DNA from: Bifidobacterium breve
GTDB taxonomy: Bacteria; Actinomycetota; Actinomycetes; S36-B12; UBA5976
Assembly: GCA_945866135.1 (NCBI GenBank)
Contig: CAMBGF010000002.1
Coordinates: forward strand, 1-55,328
DNA length: 55,328 bases
Reading direction: 5' to 3'
The position numbers and the translations under genes were made by a program. Shown piece by piece: positions 27,425-37,490 of this stretch (position 1 is the first letter of the stretch; each line of letters begins with the position of its first letter). A model generated the notes under the pieces. The model was not told the DNA's origin and ran no database searches. It was given only the letters and a program-made list of their open reading frames with translations.

Positions 27425-29406
27425 TAGATGTCCAGGAACCGCACGTCATGTGCATTACGTTGAATAAAATTGCGTCGACTTTCGACGTCTTCACCCATCA
27501 AAGTGGAGAAAAGTTGATCTGCTTGGGCAGCATCGTCAACTGAAACTTGAAGTAGTACTCGAGTAGCCGGGTTCATAGTGGTTTCCCAAAGTTCGTCAGC
27601 GTTCATTTCGCCAAGTCCTTTGTAGCGTTGGACGTCTTCAGTCTTCAATTTTTTACCCGCAGTCAAACCTGCCGCAATTAATTCATCGCGCTGGCGATCT
27701 GAGTATGCATATCCCGGGATTTCGCGAGACCATTTAACTTTATAAAGTGGTGGTTGCGCTAAATAAACAAAGCCCCCGTCAACAAGTGGGCGCATGTAGC
27801 GGAATAAAAACGTAAGTAGCAAAGTACGAATATGTTGACCGTCGACATCTGCATCTGCCATCAAGATTAATTTGTGGTACCGCAACTTATTTATGTCGAA
27901 TTCATCTTGGATACCAGTACCAAATGCCGAAATAATTGCTTGAACTTCAGTGTTAGCTAACACTCGATCTATTCTTGTTTTTTCAACATTCAGAATTTTT
28001 CCGCGGATTGGTAAAATCGCTTGGGTTCGAGGATCGCGACCTTGGCCAGCTGAGCCACCAGCTGAGTCGCCTTCAACAATATAAACTTCACATTCAGCCG
28101 GCTGGTTACTCGAACAATCTTTTAATTTTCCTGGCAGGCTGCTGCTACCAAGTAATCCTTTTCGGTTGCGTGCTAAATCGCGAGCTTTGCGAGCGGCAAG
28201 ACGAGCTGTGGCTGCTTGTAAAGACTTGCGAGCAATATCTTTTCCTTGTGCTGGATTTTTTTCAAACCAAGCTGCTAACTCTTCGTTAACAACTTTCTGA
28301 ACAAAAGTTTTTGCTTCCGTGTTTCCAAGTTTTGTCTTAGTTTGGCCTTCAAATTGCGGTTCGAGCAATTTGATCGAGACTATGGCAGTTAGGCCCTCAC
28401 GCACATCTTCACCAGAGAGGTTAGTGTCCTTTTCTTTTAAGATGTTCCATTCCCGCGCGAACTTATTAACGAGCGAAGTAAGCGCGGTACGAAAACCCTC
28501 TTCGTGCGTACCGCCCTCAACTGTGTTAATTGTGTTGGCAAATGTATAAACCGACTCGGAATAAGTTGAGTTCCACTGCATAGCAACTTCAAGACTTAGT
28601 CCACGCTTATTGTCTTCTAAGAAAAATTCCACAATATCGTTGTGAATCGGAGTCTTACGGGTATTTAGATATTTAACGAAATCGGTGATTCCGCCTTCGT
28701 ACATATACGAAACGTTGCGCGGTCCAGCTTCTTTTGGTTCACCAGTTTCTTCGTCTAAAATCACACCAGTTGCTGGGCGTTCATCGGACAAGGTCAGTGT
28801 GAGACCTCGATTTAGAAATGCCATTTCTTGGAAACGTCGCGACAAAGTTTCAAAATCATAAACTGTGGTTTCAAATATGTCGCCGTCCGCCCAAAAAGTA
28901 ACTGTGGTTCCAGTCGTGCTAACTTTTCCACCTTTTTTTAGCGGGGCTACAGGCACGCCATATTTATAAGACTGAGTGTGTATGAATCCTTCGCGGCGAA
29001 CTTCAACATCAACATCTCTAGAAAGTGCGTTCACTACAGATACGCCAACACCATGGAGGCCACCTGAAACTGCATATCCGCCGCCGCCAAATTTTCCACC
29101 GGCGTGCAAAACGGTCAAGACAACTTCAACAGCTGGTTTTCCTTCAGAAGGAACGATGTCAACTGGAATTCCACGACCATTATCAACAACTCGAACGCCC
29201 CCGTCAGCGAGAATTGTCACTTCGATATGTGAACAATGGCCAGCTAAAGCTTCATCAACTGAGTTATCTACGACTTCATAAACTAAGTGGTGTAAGCCGC
29301 GCTCGCCCGTTGAGCCGATATACATACCAGGGCGTTTTCGGACTGCGTCCAGGCCTTCAAGGACCTGAATGGCGCTGGCGTCATATGACACTTCTGAGCC
29401 CTCCAT
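27424..29406 (-). CDS. gyrB: DNA gyrase subunit B
   Basis: GHKL ATPase motifs ([15 protein letters not shown]), Toprim EGDSAGG and [10 protein letters not shown]. 660 aa. Confidence 0.97.
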   Translation of the reverse strand: MEGSEVSYDASAIQVLEGLDAVRKRPGMYIGSTGERGLHHLVYEVVDNSVDEALAGHCSHIEVTILADGGVRVVDNGRGIPVDIVPSEGKPAVEVVLTVLHAGGKFGGGGYAVSGGLHGVGVSVVNALSRDVDVEVRREGFIHTQSYKYGVPVAPLKKGGKVSTTGTTVTFWADGDIFETTVYDFETLSRRFQEMAFLNRGLTLTLSDERPATGVILDEETGEPKEAGPRNVSYMYEGGITDFVKYLNTRKTPIHNDIVEFFLEDNKRGLSLEVAMQWNSTYSESVYTFANTINTVEGGTHEEGFRTALTSLVNKFAREWNILKEKDTNLSGEDVREGLTAIVSIKLLEPQFEGQTKTKLGNTEAKTFVQKVVNEELAAWFEKNPAQGKDIARKSLQAATARLAARKARDLARNRKGLLGSSSLPGKLKDCSSNQPAECEVYIVEGDSAGGSAGQGRDPRTQAILPIRGKILNVEKTRIDRVLANTEVQAIISAFGTGIQDEFDINKLRYHKLILMADADVDGQHIRTLLLTFLFRYMRPLVDGGFVYLAQPPLYKVKWSREIPGYAYSDRQRDELIAAGLTAGKKLKTEDVQRYKGLGEMNADELWETTMNPATRVLLQVSVDDAAQADQLFSTLMGEDVESRRNFIQRNAHDVRFLDI

Positions 29407-29511
29407 CGAACATCTTTTGGCACCTGAAGATCAGACCCTGATTGGGAGTTTTTCGGGCACGCTATTAGCTTTAATTCTATTACGCTTATTGAATTTTTTG
29501 TAGTTGGGGTA

Positions 29512-30036
29512 TCACCCGTAGGTGTCCCTTGGACCGCGTCCTTTTACACTTCGTTGACCATGTTTCCAAGATGGCGCGGTGGGGCCAAGTACCTTAATTT
29601 CACTAATTCGGCCTTGGCCGATCTCTTGCCCTAAGCGCTCGGATATTGTGGGTAAAAGTAGGCGAATTTGAGTGGCCCAAGCACTTGATTCTGCCCGCAA
29701 AATTAAAGTTCCGGACGCTCCGCTTGGATCTAAATTAAATGATTCGATTAAGACGTGACTTGCTATTTCGTGACCGACAATTAAGCCCCATTGTCCTTGG
29801 AGTTTGCCGGTGGCAACTTGTAAGTCCCAGCCTTTATTGATTATTAAGCGTTCAATTAATCCAGAGAGCATGGCTGGATCACGTTCATCGGGTCCCGAGC
29901 CACTTCGCTGGTCCTCATAGCTTGGTAAATTACGCCGGCGCGCAACTGGAATGGACGTAGCTCGGACTCTTGCCCTACTCAATAACGAGCGCAAAAACTC
30001 TTGCTGTGGTTTCTCTAACACGATGTTAATTATCAT
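29512..30036 (-). CDS. dciA: DUF721 protein (DciA-type replicative-helicase operator, Rv0004 homologue)
   Basis: It sits in the recF-gyrB position and has the conserved C-terminal …KGRGPRDTYG and the DUF721 core (…WGLIVGHEIASH…). The start may lie downstream of the 11-nt overlap with recF. Confidence 0.8.
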   Translation of the reverse strand: MIINIVLEKPQQEFLRSLLSRARVRATSIPVARRRNLPSYEDQRSGSGPDERDPAMLSGLIERLIINKGWDLQVATGKLQGQWGLIVGHEIASHVLIESFNLDPSGASGTLILRAESSAWATQIRLLLPTISERLGQEIGQGRISEIKVLGPTAPSWKHGQRSVKGRGPRDTYG

Positions 30037-31126
30037 CCAAAATGAGCTGATTGGAAAGCAATTCTTTTGGAATATCTTCTTGGACTGCTGCCGTAATTAA
30101 AGTTTGTTCTACTCCGGTAATTGCATTAATCAACCTAGTCCGTCGTTTTTCATCCAATTCGGCAAAAACATCATCCAGAATCAAAATTGGATCATCGTCA
30201 TGGGTGCGAAGAACTGTGAAAGTTGAAAGCCGTAATGCGATGGCAATAGACCAAGACTGTCCGTGCGATGCGTAACCCTTCGCTGGCATTTCGCTTAAAA
30301 TAATGTCAAGGTCATCGCGGTGGGGCCCGACAAGTGTTACGCCCCGTTCCACTTCATCTTTAAATCGTTTTTCTAATTGAGTTCGAAATTCGTTTTCTAT
30401 TTCGGTTATTGAATCTGTTTCTTTAGGAAGCCAGGTGCTGGCGTAGTTAACAATAAGTGGTTCGCTGTTTCCACTAATTGTGTTTCCGAAATTTAGAATA
30501 TGTGGTTGTAGTTTGGCTAAGTTTCCTAGCCGAGTTGAGATTAACTCGCTGCCATGGGTAACGAGTTGCTCATCCCAGGCGGCAAGTGTTGCCTTTGCTG
30601 ACTCTGTTGGATTTTTACGTCCTAATGACTTAAGTAAAGTATTTCTCTGCTTTAATGTTCGTTCGTATTCACTCCTAGTGTTTATAAATTTAGGAGTTAG
30701 TAATGTTGAGAAATCATCTATGAATCGTCTTCGTGCGCCTGGTTCACCTTTAATTAAATCTAAATCTTCTGGTGAAAAAATCACTGTGCCGACTAGGCCA
30801 AGTAAATCTTTTGGTTTAGGTAAAGCGGCGCCATTTAAAATCACTTTGTTTACGCCTGGGTAATTAATTGTGAGCTCTACTTGAGCCTGCCGGTTGTGTT
30901 TAATGACCGTTGCGTCCACGTGCGCAGTAGTTGATCCGGTCTTAATTAACGGGCCGTCTTGGGAAACTCGATGGCTGCCCAGCGCGGCTAAATAATGCAC
31001 CGCTTCCACAATGTTTGTTTTACCTCGGCCATTAGGACCAACTATGGTGGTCGCGCCGGGCAGGAAAGAAAGATTTAAGTTTGTATGGTTACGGAAATCA
31101 CGAAGTGTAAGTTTTGATATTTGCAT
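30026..31126 (-). CDS. recF: DNA replication/repair protein RecF
   Basis: Walker A GPNGRGKTNIVEA, signature motif and Walker B LILDDVFAELD. Confidence 0.95.
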   Translation of the reverse strand: MQISKLTLRDFRNHTNLNLSFLPGATTIVGPNGRGKTNIVEAVHYLAALGSHRVSQDGPLIKTGSTTAHVDATVIKHNRQAQVELTINYPGVNKVILNGAALPKPKDLLGLVGTVIFSPEDLDLIKGEPGARRRFIDDFSTLLTPKFINTRSEYERTLKQRNTLLKSLGRKNPTESAKATLAAWDEQLVTHGSELISTRLGNLAKLQPHILNFGNTISGNSEPLIVNYASTWLPKETDSITEIENEFRTQLEKRFKDEVERGVTLVGPHRDDLDIILSEMPAKGYASHGQSWSIAIALRLSTFTVLRTHDDDPILILDDVFAELDEKRRTRLINAITGVEQTLITAAVQEDIPKELLSNQLILDDN

Positions 31127-31129
31127 TAT

Positions 31130-32257
31130 TTACTGTTGCCGAATTGGCATCAGTAAATATTTAAAGCTGTCATCTACTGGTGCGCCGAAATCGCTTGCGC
31201 CTGAGATTACCGCTGGGCGAATTGGTGTTGTCATTGAGATTACCGAAATAGCAGAGTCGATAGCGCTTAAACCGTCAAGTAAAAATTGGTGATTAAATGC
31301 AATTGTTAATTCATCGCCAGTAAGTGTGCACTCGATTGATTCCTTTGCCTCAGCTAACTCTCCGCTTCCGCCGCCGCCAGTAATTGTTGCCTCGCCGTTT
31401 GTGAAAGTGATACGGATTGGTGCTTCGCGTTCTAGAACTAACGAAACACGTTTAACTGACTCAGCAAGTGCACTGGTACTTAGTTGCGCGACTGTAGTTG
31501 ATTCGGTTGGAAGTAGCGTGCGATATTTTGGAAAGTCAGCAGCGAGCATACGACTTGTTGTTTGACGGCCTAAGCCTTCAATTCCAACTAGTCCTTCATT
31601 TCCTGTTGCGAATGCGAGTGATATTGATTCGCTGTGCGCTAACGATTTAGAAGAATCAGTTAAAAATTTTGCTGGGATTAGTGCGTGCGTACTTAGTGAT
31701 GTGGAATTTGGCGACCAGTTAAGTTCACGTACAGCTAGTCGGTACCGATCTGTTGCAGCTAGCGTTAAAGTGGCTCCCTCGGCGTCAATTTTTACACCGG
31801 TGAAAGCTGGAAGGGTTTCATCGCGCGAGGCGGCGATTGCGACTTGCGCGATTGCGCTAGCGAAATGATTTCCTGAAACGCTGCCGCTGCTTGCGGGCAT
31901 GTTTGGTAGTGGTGGATATTCAGCAACTGGCATTGTTGGAATAGTAAAAGAGGATCGACCACAAGTGATTTGTGCCCGGTTTCCCACTAGTGCGAAATCA
32001 ATAATTGATGACGGTAAGGATCTGGTTATGTCGGCTAGTAATCTTCCTGGAATTAAAACTGTGCCAGCTTCAATTACTTCAGCGGATAAGTTTGCGCGGG
32101 CGCTAACGTCAGCGTCGCTTCCAGAAAGAACTAATCCACTCTTGTCTGCCATTAAGTGCATACCGGTTAAAAGCGGTTGCGTTGATTTAGTTGGTAAAGT
32201 CCGAGAGGCCCATGCCACTGCCTCGGCCATTACGTCGCGATCTACCTGAAACTTCAC
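31130..32257 (-). CDS. dnaN: DNA polymerase III beta sliding clamp
   Basis: 375 aa with three-domain clamp sequence and the C-terminal …YLLMPIR. It lies between dnaA/oriC and recF. Confidence 0.95.
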   Translation of the reverse strand: MKFQVDRDVMAEAVAWASRTLPTKSTQPLLTGMHLMADKSGLVLSGSDADVSARANLSAEVIEAGTVLIPGRLLADITRSLPSSIIDFALVGNRAQITCGRSSFTIPTMPVAEYPPLPNMPASSGSVSGNHFASAIAQVAIAASRDETLPAFTGVKIDAEGATLTLAATDRYRLAVRELNWSPNSTSLSTHALIPAKFLTDSSKSLAHSESISLAFATGNEGLVGIEGLGRQTTSRMLAADFPKYRTLLPTESTTVAQLSTSALAESVKRVSLVLEREAPIRITFTNGEATITGGGGSGELAEAKESIECTLTGDELTIAFNHQFLLDGLSAIDSAISVISMTTPIRPAVISGASDFGAPVDDSFKYLLMPIRQQ

Positions 32258-32702
32258 TTACAACTCACCCTCTGGTGTTTAAGAATCTAGAGCCCTTATC
32301 GTGCCATGTCTGGCTGACTAATTCAGCCACCAAGTTATTACAGCTTTCGTTATTAGATTAGTTACTAACGCAGTTGCCCACAGCACTGGTCAACCTTAAA
32401 TCCATTGATATATCTTTAGTAGTAGTAGTAGGTACTGTGGATACTGTGGATAACCCTTAATTACCTTTAAAATCAGTAAAAATTAATTCTAAGCCTGTGG
32501 ATAAAAATTAGTAAAACCTACAAAAACTGATTAAATTCAAAGTTATCCACAGGCATCCACATATTTCTTAAGTTAAACCTAAGTTATCCCTAATTCAATC
32601 CACAAAACCAAAAAAACCAACAGTTATGGCTAAAGATATCCCCAGGCTTGTCCACATTGTGTATAGAAGTGACAGATGTTACGAGTGTGACAAAACCTGG
32701 AC
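32258..32702. other. oriC: Chromosomal origin oriC (DnaA-box cluster plus AT-rich core)
   Basis: Eight 9-mers match TTATCCACA/TTGTCCACA with 0-2 mismatches: 32374-82, 32436-44, 32445-53, 32496-504, 32543-51, 32553-61, 32596-604 and 32648-56. They flank AT-rich tracts at about 32461-32540 that contain two AGTAAAA repeats. This is a non-coding 445-bp dnaA-dnaN spacer. Confidence 0.8.
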
Positions 32703-34148
32703 TTATAAGGTTCTAGCTTGAGCTTTAATTCGGGTAGTTAAATCACTGACTTGGTTATATAAACTTCTTCGCTCCGCTATTAATTGCCGGACTTTACGAT
32801 CGGCGTGCATAACCGTGGTGTGGTCTCGGCCACCAAACTGTTGACCCACTTTAGGCAGCGACAAATCAGTTAACTCCCGGCACAAATACATAGCTATCTG
32901 GCGAGCGGTAACTAAAACGCGCGACCTACTAGGGCCAGTTAAATCATCCAAAGTCACACCAAAATAATTTGCGGTCTGCGCCATAATCAAACTCGCGCTA
33001 ATTTCTGGGCCAGCTATGTCTGAGACCAAATCTCTTAACACAACCTCAGCTAACTCTAAATCGACCGGCGTGCGATTTAAGCTCGCAAAAGCAGTGACTC
33101 GAATTAGCGCACCTTCAAGTTCACGAATATTAGTAGACATTTTTGAGGCAATAAATTCTAAAACTTCGGGCGGCGCACTTAATCTTTCTTGCGCGCTTTT
33201 CTTGCGTAAAATCGCAATCCGGGTTTCTAAATCGGGCGGCTGAACATCGGTAATCAAACCCCATTCAAATCTTGAACTCATTCGATCCTCAAACCCATGA
33301 AGTTGCTTTGGTGGTAAATCTGAGGTGACGACAATTTGTTTATTTGCGTTATGCAAAGTATTAAAAGTATGAAAAAACTCTTCCTGCGTCTGGACTTTGC
33401 CAGAAAGAAACTGAATATCATCAACTAACAAAACGTCGATATCCCGGTAACGGCGCTGGAATTCCTTTGCTTTATCGTCGCGGATTGAGTTAATAAATTC
33501 GTTGGTAAATTCCTCACTACTTACGTAACGAACTTTTGATCCAGCAAATAAAGTTCGGGTGTAATGCCCGATGGCATGTAATAAGTGAGTTTTTCCAAGT
33601 CCAGATTCACCGTAAATAAATAATGGGTTGTAAGCCTTAGCCGGTTGCTCGGCGACAGCTCGGGCCGCGGCGTGCGCAAATCTATTTGAGGAACCAGGCA
33701 CAAAAGTGTCAAAAGTATATTTTGGATTTAAGCGACTTCCTTCTTCGGAAGTTCTTGGCGCAGGCGCAGGACCACGACTTGCTTGTGGCGGAAGGGCTGG
33801 GTTTGGATCTGACTGCAATCCAACCTTTTCAATATCGGCATATGTCGAGTCAGCTAAATCATCGGTAGCTTCATCGTCAAGGTAAGGCGCTATTGACTCA
33901 TCAACAGTTACTGCCAGGCGCATTTCCCGACCTAAAGTTGCCGACAGGGCGTCGCAAACAATTGGACTTAGTCGGCTCTCTAAAACATCTTTAGTGAATT
34001 CGTTTGGCGCTGCGACCAAGGCAGTGTCTCCAACAATTCCAAGGGGCCTGGTAAGTGTTACAAATGCTCGTTGCTGGGCAGTTAGGGCGCCAGCAGATAG
34101 TGACTCTAAAGTCCTTGTCCAAACATCATTTAAATCTACGTCTTCCAA
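32703..34148 (-). CDS. dnaA: Chromosomal replication initiator DnaA
   Basis: AAA+ Walker A GESGLGKTHLLHA, Walker B LLVDDIQFL and a C-terminal DnaA-box-binding HTH. The start is uncertain. The TTG at 34148 is preceded by AGGTG, whereas the longest ORF (GTG at 34202) has no RBS. Confidence 0.93.
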   Translation of the reverse strand: MEDVDLNDVWTRTLESLSAGALTAQQRAFVTLTRPLGIVGDTALVAAPNEFTKDVLESRLSPIVCDALSATLGREMRLAVTVDESIAPYLDDEATDDLADSTYADIEKVGLQSDPNPALPPQASRGPAPAPRTSEEGSRLNPKYTFDTFVPGSSNRFAHAAARAVAEQPAKAYNPLFIYGESGLGKTHLLHAIGHYTRTLFAGSKVRYVSSEEFTNEFINSIRDDKAKEFQRRYRDIDVLLVDDIQFLSGKVQTQEEFFHTFNTLHNANKQIVVTSDLPPKQLHGFEDRMSSRFEWGLITDVQPPDLETRIAILRKKSAQERLSAPPEVLEFIASKMSTNIRELEGALIRVTAFASLNRTPVDLELAEVVLRDLVSDIAGPEISASLIMAQTANYFGVTLDDLTGPSRSRVLVTARQIAMYLCRELTDLSLPKVGQQFGGRDHTTVMHADRKVRQLIAERRSLYNQVSDLTTRIKAQARTL

Positions 34149-34231
34149 GGCACACCTAATCTCAAAGTAATTAAGACAATTCAATTCGGTCGAAAAAGCC
34201 ACAATTTAAGCAACTTAGCTAACTCATATCC

Positions 34232-34327
34232 TGTGGATATCCCCAGCGAGTAAAATCTCTCCTGTGGATATCTTCGGAGTATGCAGACTATTACCTGTGG
34301 ATACCTGTTGACAAGTTGTTTTCCACA
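34232..34327. promoter_or_regulatory. DnaA-box cluster in the divergent dnaA/rpmH promoter region
   Basis: Boxes TGTGGATAT (34232-40), TGTGGATAT (34263-71), TGTGGATAC (34296-304) and TTTTCCACA (34319-27). The first three are preceded by CC and the fourth is followed by GG, so all four carry the CCTGTGGA core seen in part of oriC (32494-32501 and 32547-32554). Confidence 0.7.
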
Positions 34328-34491
34328 GGAACTCCAGGGGCCGGCTGAGTTTGACCAATACCCGCAGTTACCCGTATCTTTAAGTACTTAATACATAGTT
34401 CGATAAGCATTACGTCGAATGTTCGCGAGGGTCACCTTTCGCGGATATCCGATGGCTAATCGCCTAAACCCTAGTTCTTGGAGTGTCAATC

Positions 34492-34629
34492 ATGACAAAG
34501 CGCACCTATCAACCAAATAAGCGTCGTCGCGCAAAAAAGCATGGTTTTCGTAACCGGATGAGCACCCGAGCCGGCCGTGGCATTCTTGCCTCCCGTCGCG
34601 CCAAGGGTCGCGCCAAGCTATCTGCTTAA
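34492..34629 (+). CDS. rpmH: 50S ribosomal protein L34
   Basis: Below the track cutoff. My translation is [45 protein letters not shown] (45 aa). GGAG lies 8 nt upstream. Confidence 0.95.
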   Translation: MTKRTYQPNKRRRAKKHGFRNRMSTRAGRGILASRRAKGRAKLSA

Positions 34630-34650
34630 TCTGACAATCGGTTATCTAAA

Positions 34651-34986
34651 ATGCTTCCGGCCTCGGCGAGGTTGCGTAAGTCATCGGAAATCTCGGCAGT
34701 GATGAAGTCGGGAACAAGGTTTTCAGCGAAATTGGTGGTTTTACACGTGACAAGCGGATCTACTGAACAATCTAAAGTCGCTTTTGCTGTTGGTAAAAAC
34801 GTGGGAAATTCGGTAATTCGACATCGGGTAACTCGCCAGTTACGCCACATAGTTACCCCAGTTTTACCGAGATTTCCAACCGGCTCCCATGTAGTTGTCA
34901 GAGCCCTGCCGGCTGCGGCCACTGCCACCTTTACCCAGCTCACCGAAAATCTTGAGTTTGCGTTAACAAAAGTTCCAAAGTCATGA
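34651..34986 (+). CDS. rnpA: Ribonuclease P protein component
   Basis: 111-aa basic protein (…RLRKSSEISAVMKSG…, …GNSVIRHRVTRQLR…) directly after rpmH. Confidence 0.9.
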   Translation: MLPASARLRKSSEISAVMKSGTRFSAKLVVLHVTSGSTEQSKVAFAVGKNVGNSVIRHRVTRQLRHIVTPVLPRFPTGSHVVVRALPAAATATFTQLTENLEFALTKVPKS

Positions 34987-35321
34987 CTCAGGTATTTGCA
35001 GCAGGAAAACAAGTTTGGGATAAAACTTTTGGTAGCGCCTTGACCCTGGTCCTAGTTGGATTAATTCGAAGTTATCAAATCCTCTTGAGTCCTCGAATTG
35101 GCCAAGTATGTCGTTACTACCCAAGTTGTTCTCATTACGGGTTGGCAGCAGTGAAAGTTCATGGCGCCGGTAAAGGCAGCCTGCTGGCAGCCTGGCGCAT
35201 ATTGCGTTGCCACCCTTGGGCAGCTGGCGGCGTGGAATTTATTCCAGCAAAAGGACATTGGTCCACTCGAGAAGTAATTGAAACTTCAACTAACAATGAT
35301 AGGCAGGTTACAGGCGTATGA
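34983..35321 (+). CDS. yidD: Membrane protein insertion efficiency factor YidD
   Basis: Signature CRYYPSCSHYG…RCHPW. It has 4-nt overlaps with rnpA and yidC. Confidence 0.9.
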   Translation: MTQVFAAGKQVWDKTFGSALTLVLVGLIRSYQILLSPRIGQVCRYYPSCSHYGLAAVKVHGAGKGSLLAAWRILRCHPWAAGGVEFIPAKGHWSTREVIETSTNNDRQVTGV

Positions 35322-36220
35322 GCCTAAATCCATTGGTTTGGCTGGAGACTTTAGTTAGTTGGGTTTTAGTAAAATTTCACTCGTTAACTTCTTCAACTTT
35401 CGACCAAGACGGCGGCTGGGCTTGGGGATTAGCAATCGTCTTACTCGTTATTTTAATTCGAATCATTTTGATTCCGCTATTCGTTAAGCAAATTAAAAGC
35501 CAACGCAACTTACAAATAATTCAGCCGCAAGTTAAAGAAATCCAAAAAAAGTACGCAGGTGACCGAGAGCGTCAATCCCAAGAACTAATGAAGCTCTACA
35601 AGGAAACCGGCACGAACCCACTTTCAAGTTGCTTGCCAATCTTGGCGCAAGCCCCAATTTTTTACGCCCTTTTTATCGTGCTACAAGGTATTGCGCAGAG
35701 CCAGCCCAAAGGCGTGCTGACTGATCAATTAGTTGAATCAGCCAGAAATGCCACGATTCTGAATGCCCCAATTTACGGCACGCTGATGAACCGCGAGGAA
35801 ACCGCAGCGCCAAGTTCAACGTTCGTGGTAACCCTAATTTTGATCGCGTTAATGACTCTCACAACATTTTTAACACAGCGGCAATTGATCGTAAAAAATA
35901 CTGCCCCAGATAACCCAATGGTGAAACAGCAAAAGATTTTGCTTTATGTTTTTCCAGTGATTTTTGCCGTGACTGGTATCAACTTTCCAATCGGAGTTTT
36001 GTTGTATTGGTTCACGACCAACGTTTGGACTATGGGACAGCAGTTCTATGTAATTCGCAATAGCCCACAACCAGGAACCCCAGCTTTTGAGGCCCTAGAA
36101 GCTCGCCGAGCCAATAAAAAGGCTGGTAAAAACCCACAACCAGCTCCAGAAATTGAACCGCTGCCAGAGGCAAAAGCCACCCGGCAACAGCCTAAAAAGA
36201 AGCCTAAAAAGAAGCGTTGA
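35318..36220 (+). CDS. yidC: Membrane insertase YidC
   Basis: YidC/Oxa1 core with 5 TM helices and a basic C-terminal tail (…QQPKKKPKKKR). Confidence 0.9.
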   Translation: MSLNPLVWLETLVSWVLVKFHSLTSSTFDQDGGWAWGLAIVLLVILIRIILIPLFVKQIKSQRNLQIIQPQVKEIQKKYAGDRERQSQELMKLYKETGTNPLSSCLPILAQAPIFYALFIVLQGIAQSQPKGVLTDQLVESARNATILNAPIYGTLMNREETAAPSSTFVVTLILIALMTLTTFLTQRQLIVKNTAPDNPMVKQQKILLYVFPVIFAVTGINFPIGVLLYWFTTNVWTMGQQFYVIRNSPQPGTPAFEALEARRANKKAGKNPQPAPEIEPLPEAKATRQQPKKKPKKKR

Positions 36221-36221
36221 G

Positions 36222-36237
36222 TGTTTCACGTGAAACG
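36222..36237. other. parS: parS centromere-like site (15/16 match to TGTTTCACGTGAAACA)
   Basis: TGTTTCACGTGAAACG, with the 14-bp perfect palindrome GTTTCACGTGAAAC. It starts 2 nt after the yidC stop. Confidence 0.85.
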
Positions 36238-36308
36238 CTCAACACAATTAAAGAATCTTTACCCGAACACTCCTAAGAAGAAATCTTCCTACAAAGAAAG
36301 GCCATAAC

Positions 36309-36776
36309 ATGACGGAAAAACTTTCACTACTTGAGCAAGAAGGCGAAATCGCCGCAGATTACTTAGAGGCATTATTAGACATTGCCGATTTCGATGGTGA
36401 CATCGATATGGATGTTGAAAATGATCGCGCCACAGTAAGTATTGTTGGCGCAGACCTGAACCAGTTAGTTGGAGAAAAAGGCGCAGTTCTAGAGGCGCTG
36501 CAGGAACTCACCCGCCTGGCAGTTACTCGGGAAACCGGCGAACGTTCCCGGTTAATGCTTGATATTTCGGGATACCGCGCTGAGGTAAAAACCAAGCTGG
36601 TTGAAGTGGCTAAAACTGCTGCTGCTAAAGCGTTGGAATCCGGGGAAGAAGTGGAACTAAAGCCGATGAATGCTTTTGAACGCAAAGTCGTACACGACGC
36701 AGTTGCCGAAGCTGGCGCAAAAAGTATCTCTAAAGGCGAGGATCCAAAACGCCGAATTGTGGTACTCCCTGCCTAG
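36309..36776 (+). CDS. Jag/KhpB-like RNA-binding protein (KH plus R3H domains)
   Basis: 155 aa with the R3H region …FERKVVHDAV…. It is in the conserved yidC-jag-rsmG order. Confidence 0.85.
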   Translation: MTEKLSLLEQEGEIAADYLEALLDIADFDGDIDMDVENDRATVSIVGADLNQLVGEKGAVLEALQELTRLAVTRETGERSRLMLDISGYRAEVKTKLVEVAKTAAAKALESGEEVELKPMNAFERKVVHDAVAEAGAKSISKGEDPKRRIVVLPA

Positions 36777-36781
36777 TTGCA

Positions 36782-36797
36782 TGTTTCACGTGAAACA
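36782..36797. other. parS: parS site (perfect TGTTTCACGTGAAACA)
   Basis: Perfect 16-bp palindrome in the 41-nt jag-rsmG spacer. Confidence 0.9.
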
Positions 36798-36817
36798 TTT
36801 AGCGAAAGATTAAGCCT

Positions 36818-37414
36818 TTGAAACCCATAATTGAGGCATATCCAGAGGCGGCCGAAAACCTTACTCGGTTCGCTGCTTGGTTAGCTGGCGCTGGCGTAGA
36901 GCGTGGATTTTTAGGTCCCCGCGAAGTTGATCGAATATGGGACCGCCACATTGCTAATTGCGCAGTTGTTGAAGAATTAATCCCAGAAAACTCTCGCGTT
37001 TTTGACATTGGAAGTGGCGCTGGGTTGCCAGGGTTAGTTTTAGCGATAGTTCGCCCAGACATCCAAATAGGCCTAATTGAGCCATTAATGCGGCGTTCAC
37101 AATTCCTAGAAGAAGTAATTATTGATTTAGGAATCACTAACCGAGTCAAAGTTATCCGCGGCCGAGCCGAGGAACTTAAAGGGCAAAGTGCGCCAGTTGT
37201 GACTGCCCGGGCAGTTGCCCCACTTGGGAAATTACTTACCTGGGCACTGCCATTAACCGCTAAAGGTGGGCAGATATTGGCCCTTAAAGGCAGTTCGGCA
37301 GCCACTGAAATTGCCAATGCGGCCGACATCTTAAAAGGGCGAAAAGCAGAAATTTTGCTATGTGGCCAAGGTTTAGTTGATCCACAGACCACAGTAGTTC
37401 GGGTAACCACCTAG
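36818..37414 (+). CDS. rsmG: 16S rRNA (guanine527-N7)-methyltransferase RsmG (GidB)
   Basis: SAM-binding motif DIGSGAGLPGL and the conserved position before parA. Confidence 0.9.
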   Translation: MKPIIEAYPEAAENLTRFAAWLAGAGVERGFLGPREVDRIWDRHIANCAVVEELIPENSRVFDIGSGAGLPGLVLAIVRPDIQIGLIEPLMRRSQFLEEVIIDLGITNRVKVIRGRAEELKGQSAPVVTARAVAPLGKLLTWALPLTAKGGQILALKGSSAATEIANAADILKGRKAEILLCGQGLVDPQTTVVRVTT

Positions 37415-37490
37415 CAGTTCCGTTGGTGTGTGCTCTACGCTTAGGACTGGAATCAAGTTAATTTCTGGGTTACCAATCGAGGTTGGCAAA

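Noticed and set aside
32417-32433. Short trinucleotide run TAGTAGTAGTAGTAGG inside oriC.
   Set aside because: It has only about 4-5 units. It lies in AT-rich origin DNA where low-complexity runs are common, and there is no evidence of function.
36799-37410. 203-aa ORF antisense to rsmG. Similar long antisense ORFs occur at 49238-49972 (opposite the MFS gene), 10596-11060 (marP), 20000-20470 (PP2C), 46461-46979 (Rv3909-like gene) and 7314-7676 (nhaA).
   Set aside because: Each lies entirely inside a gene with strong family motifs on the opposite strand. Their translations are low-complexity (Ser/Arg/Ala/Pro-rich) with no recognisable motifs. These are typical shadow ORFs.
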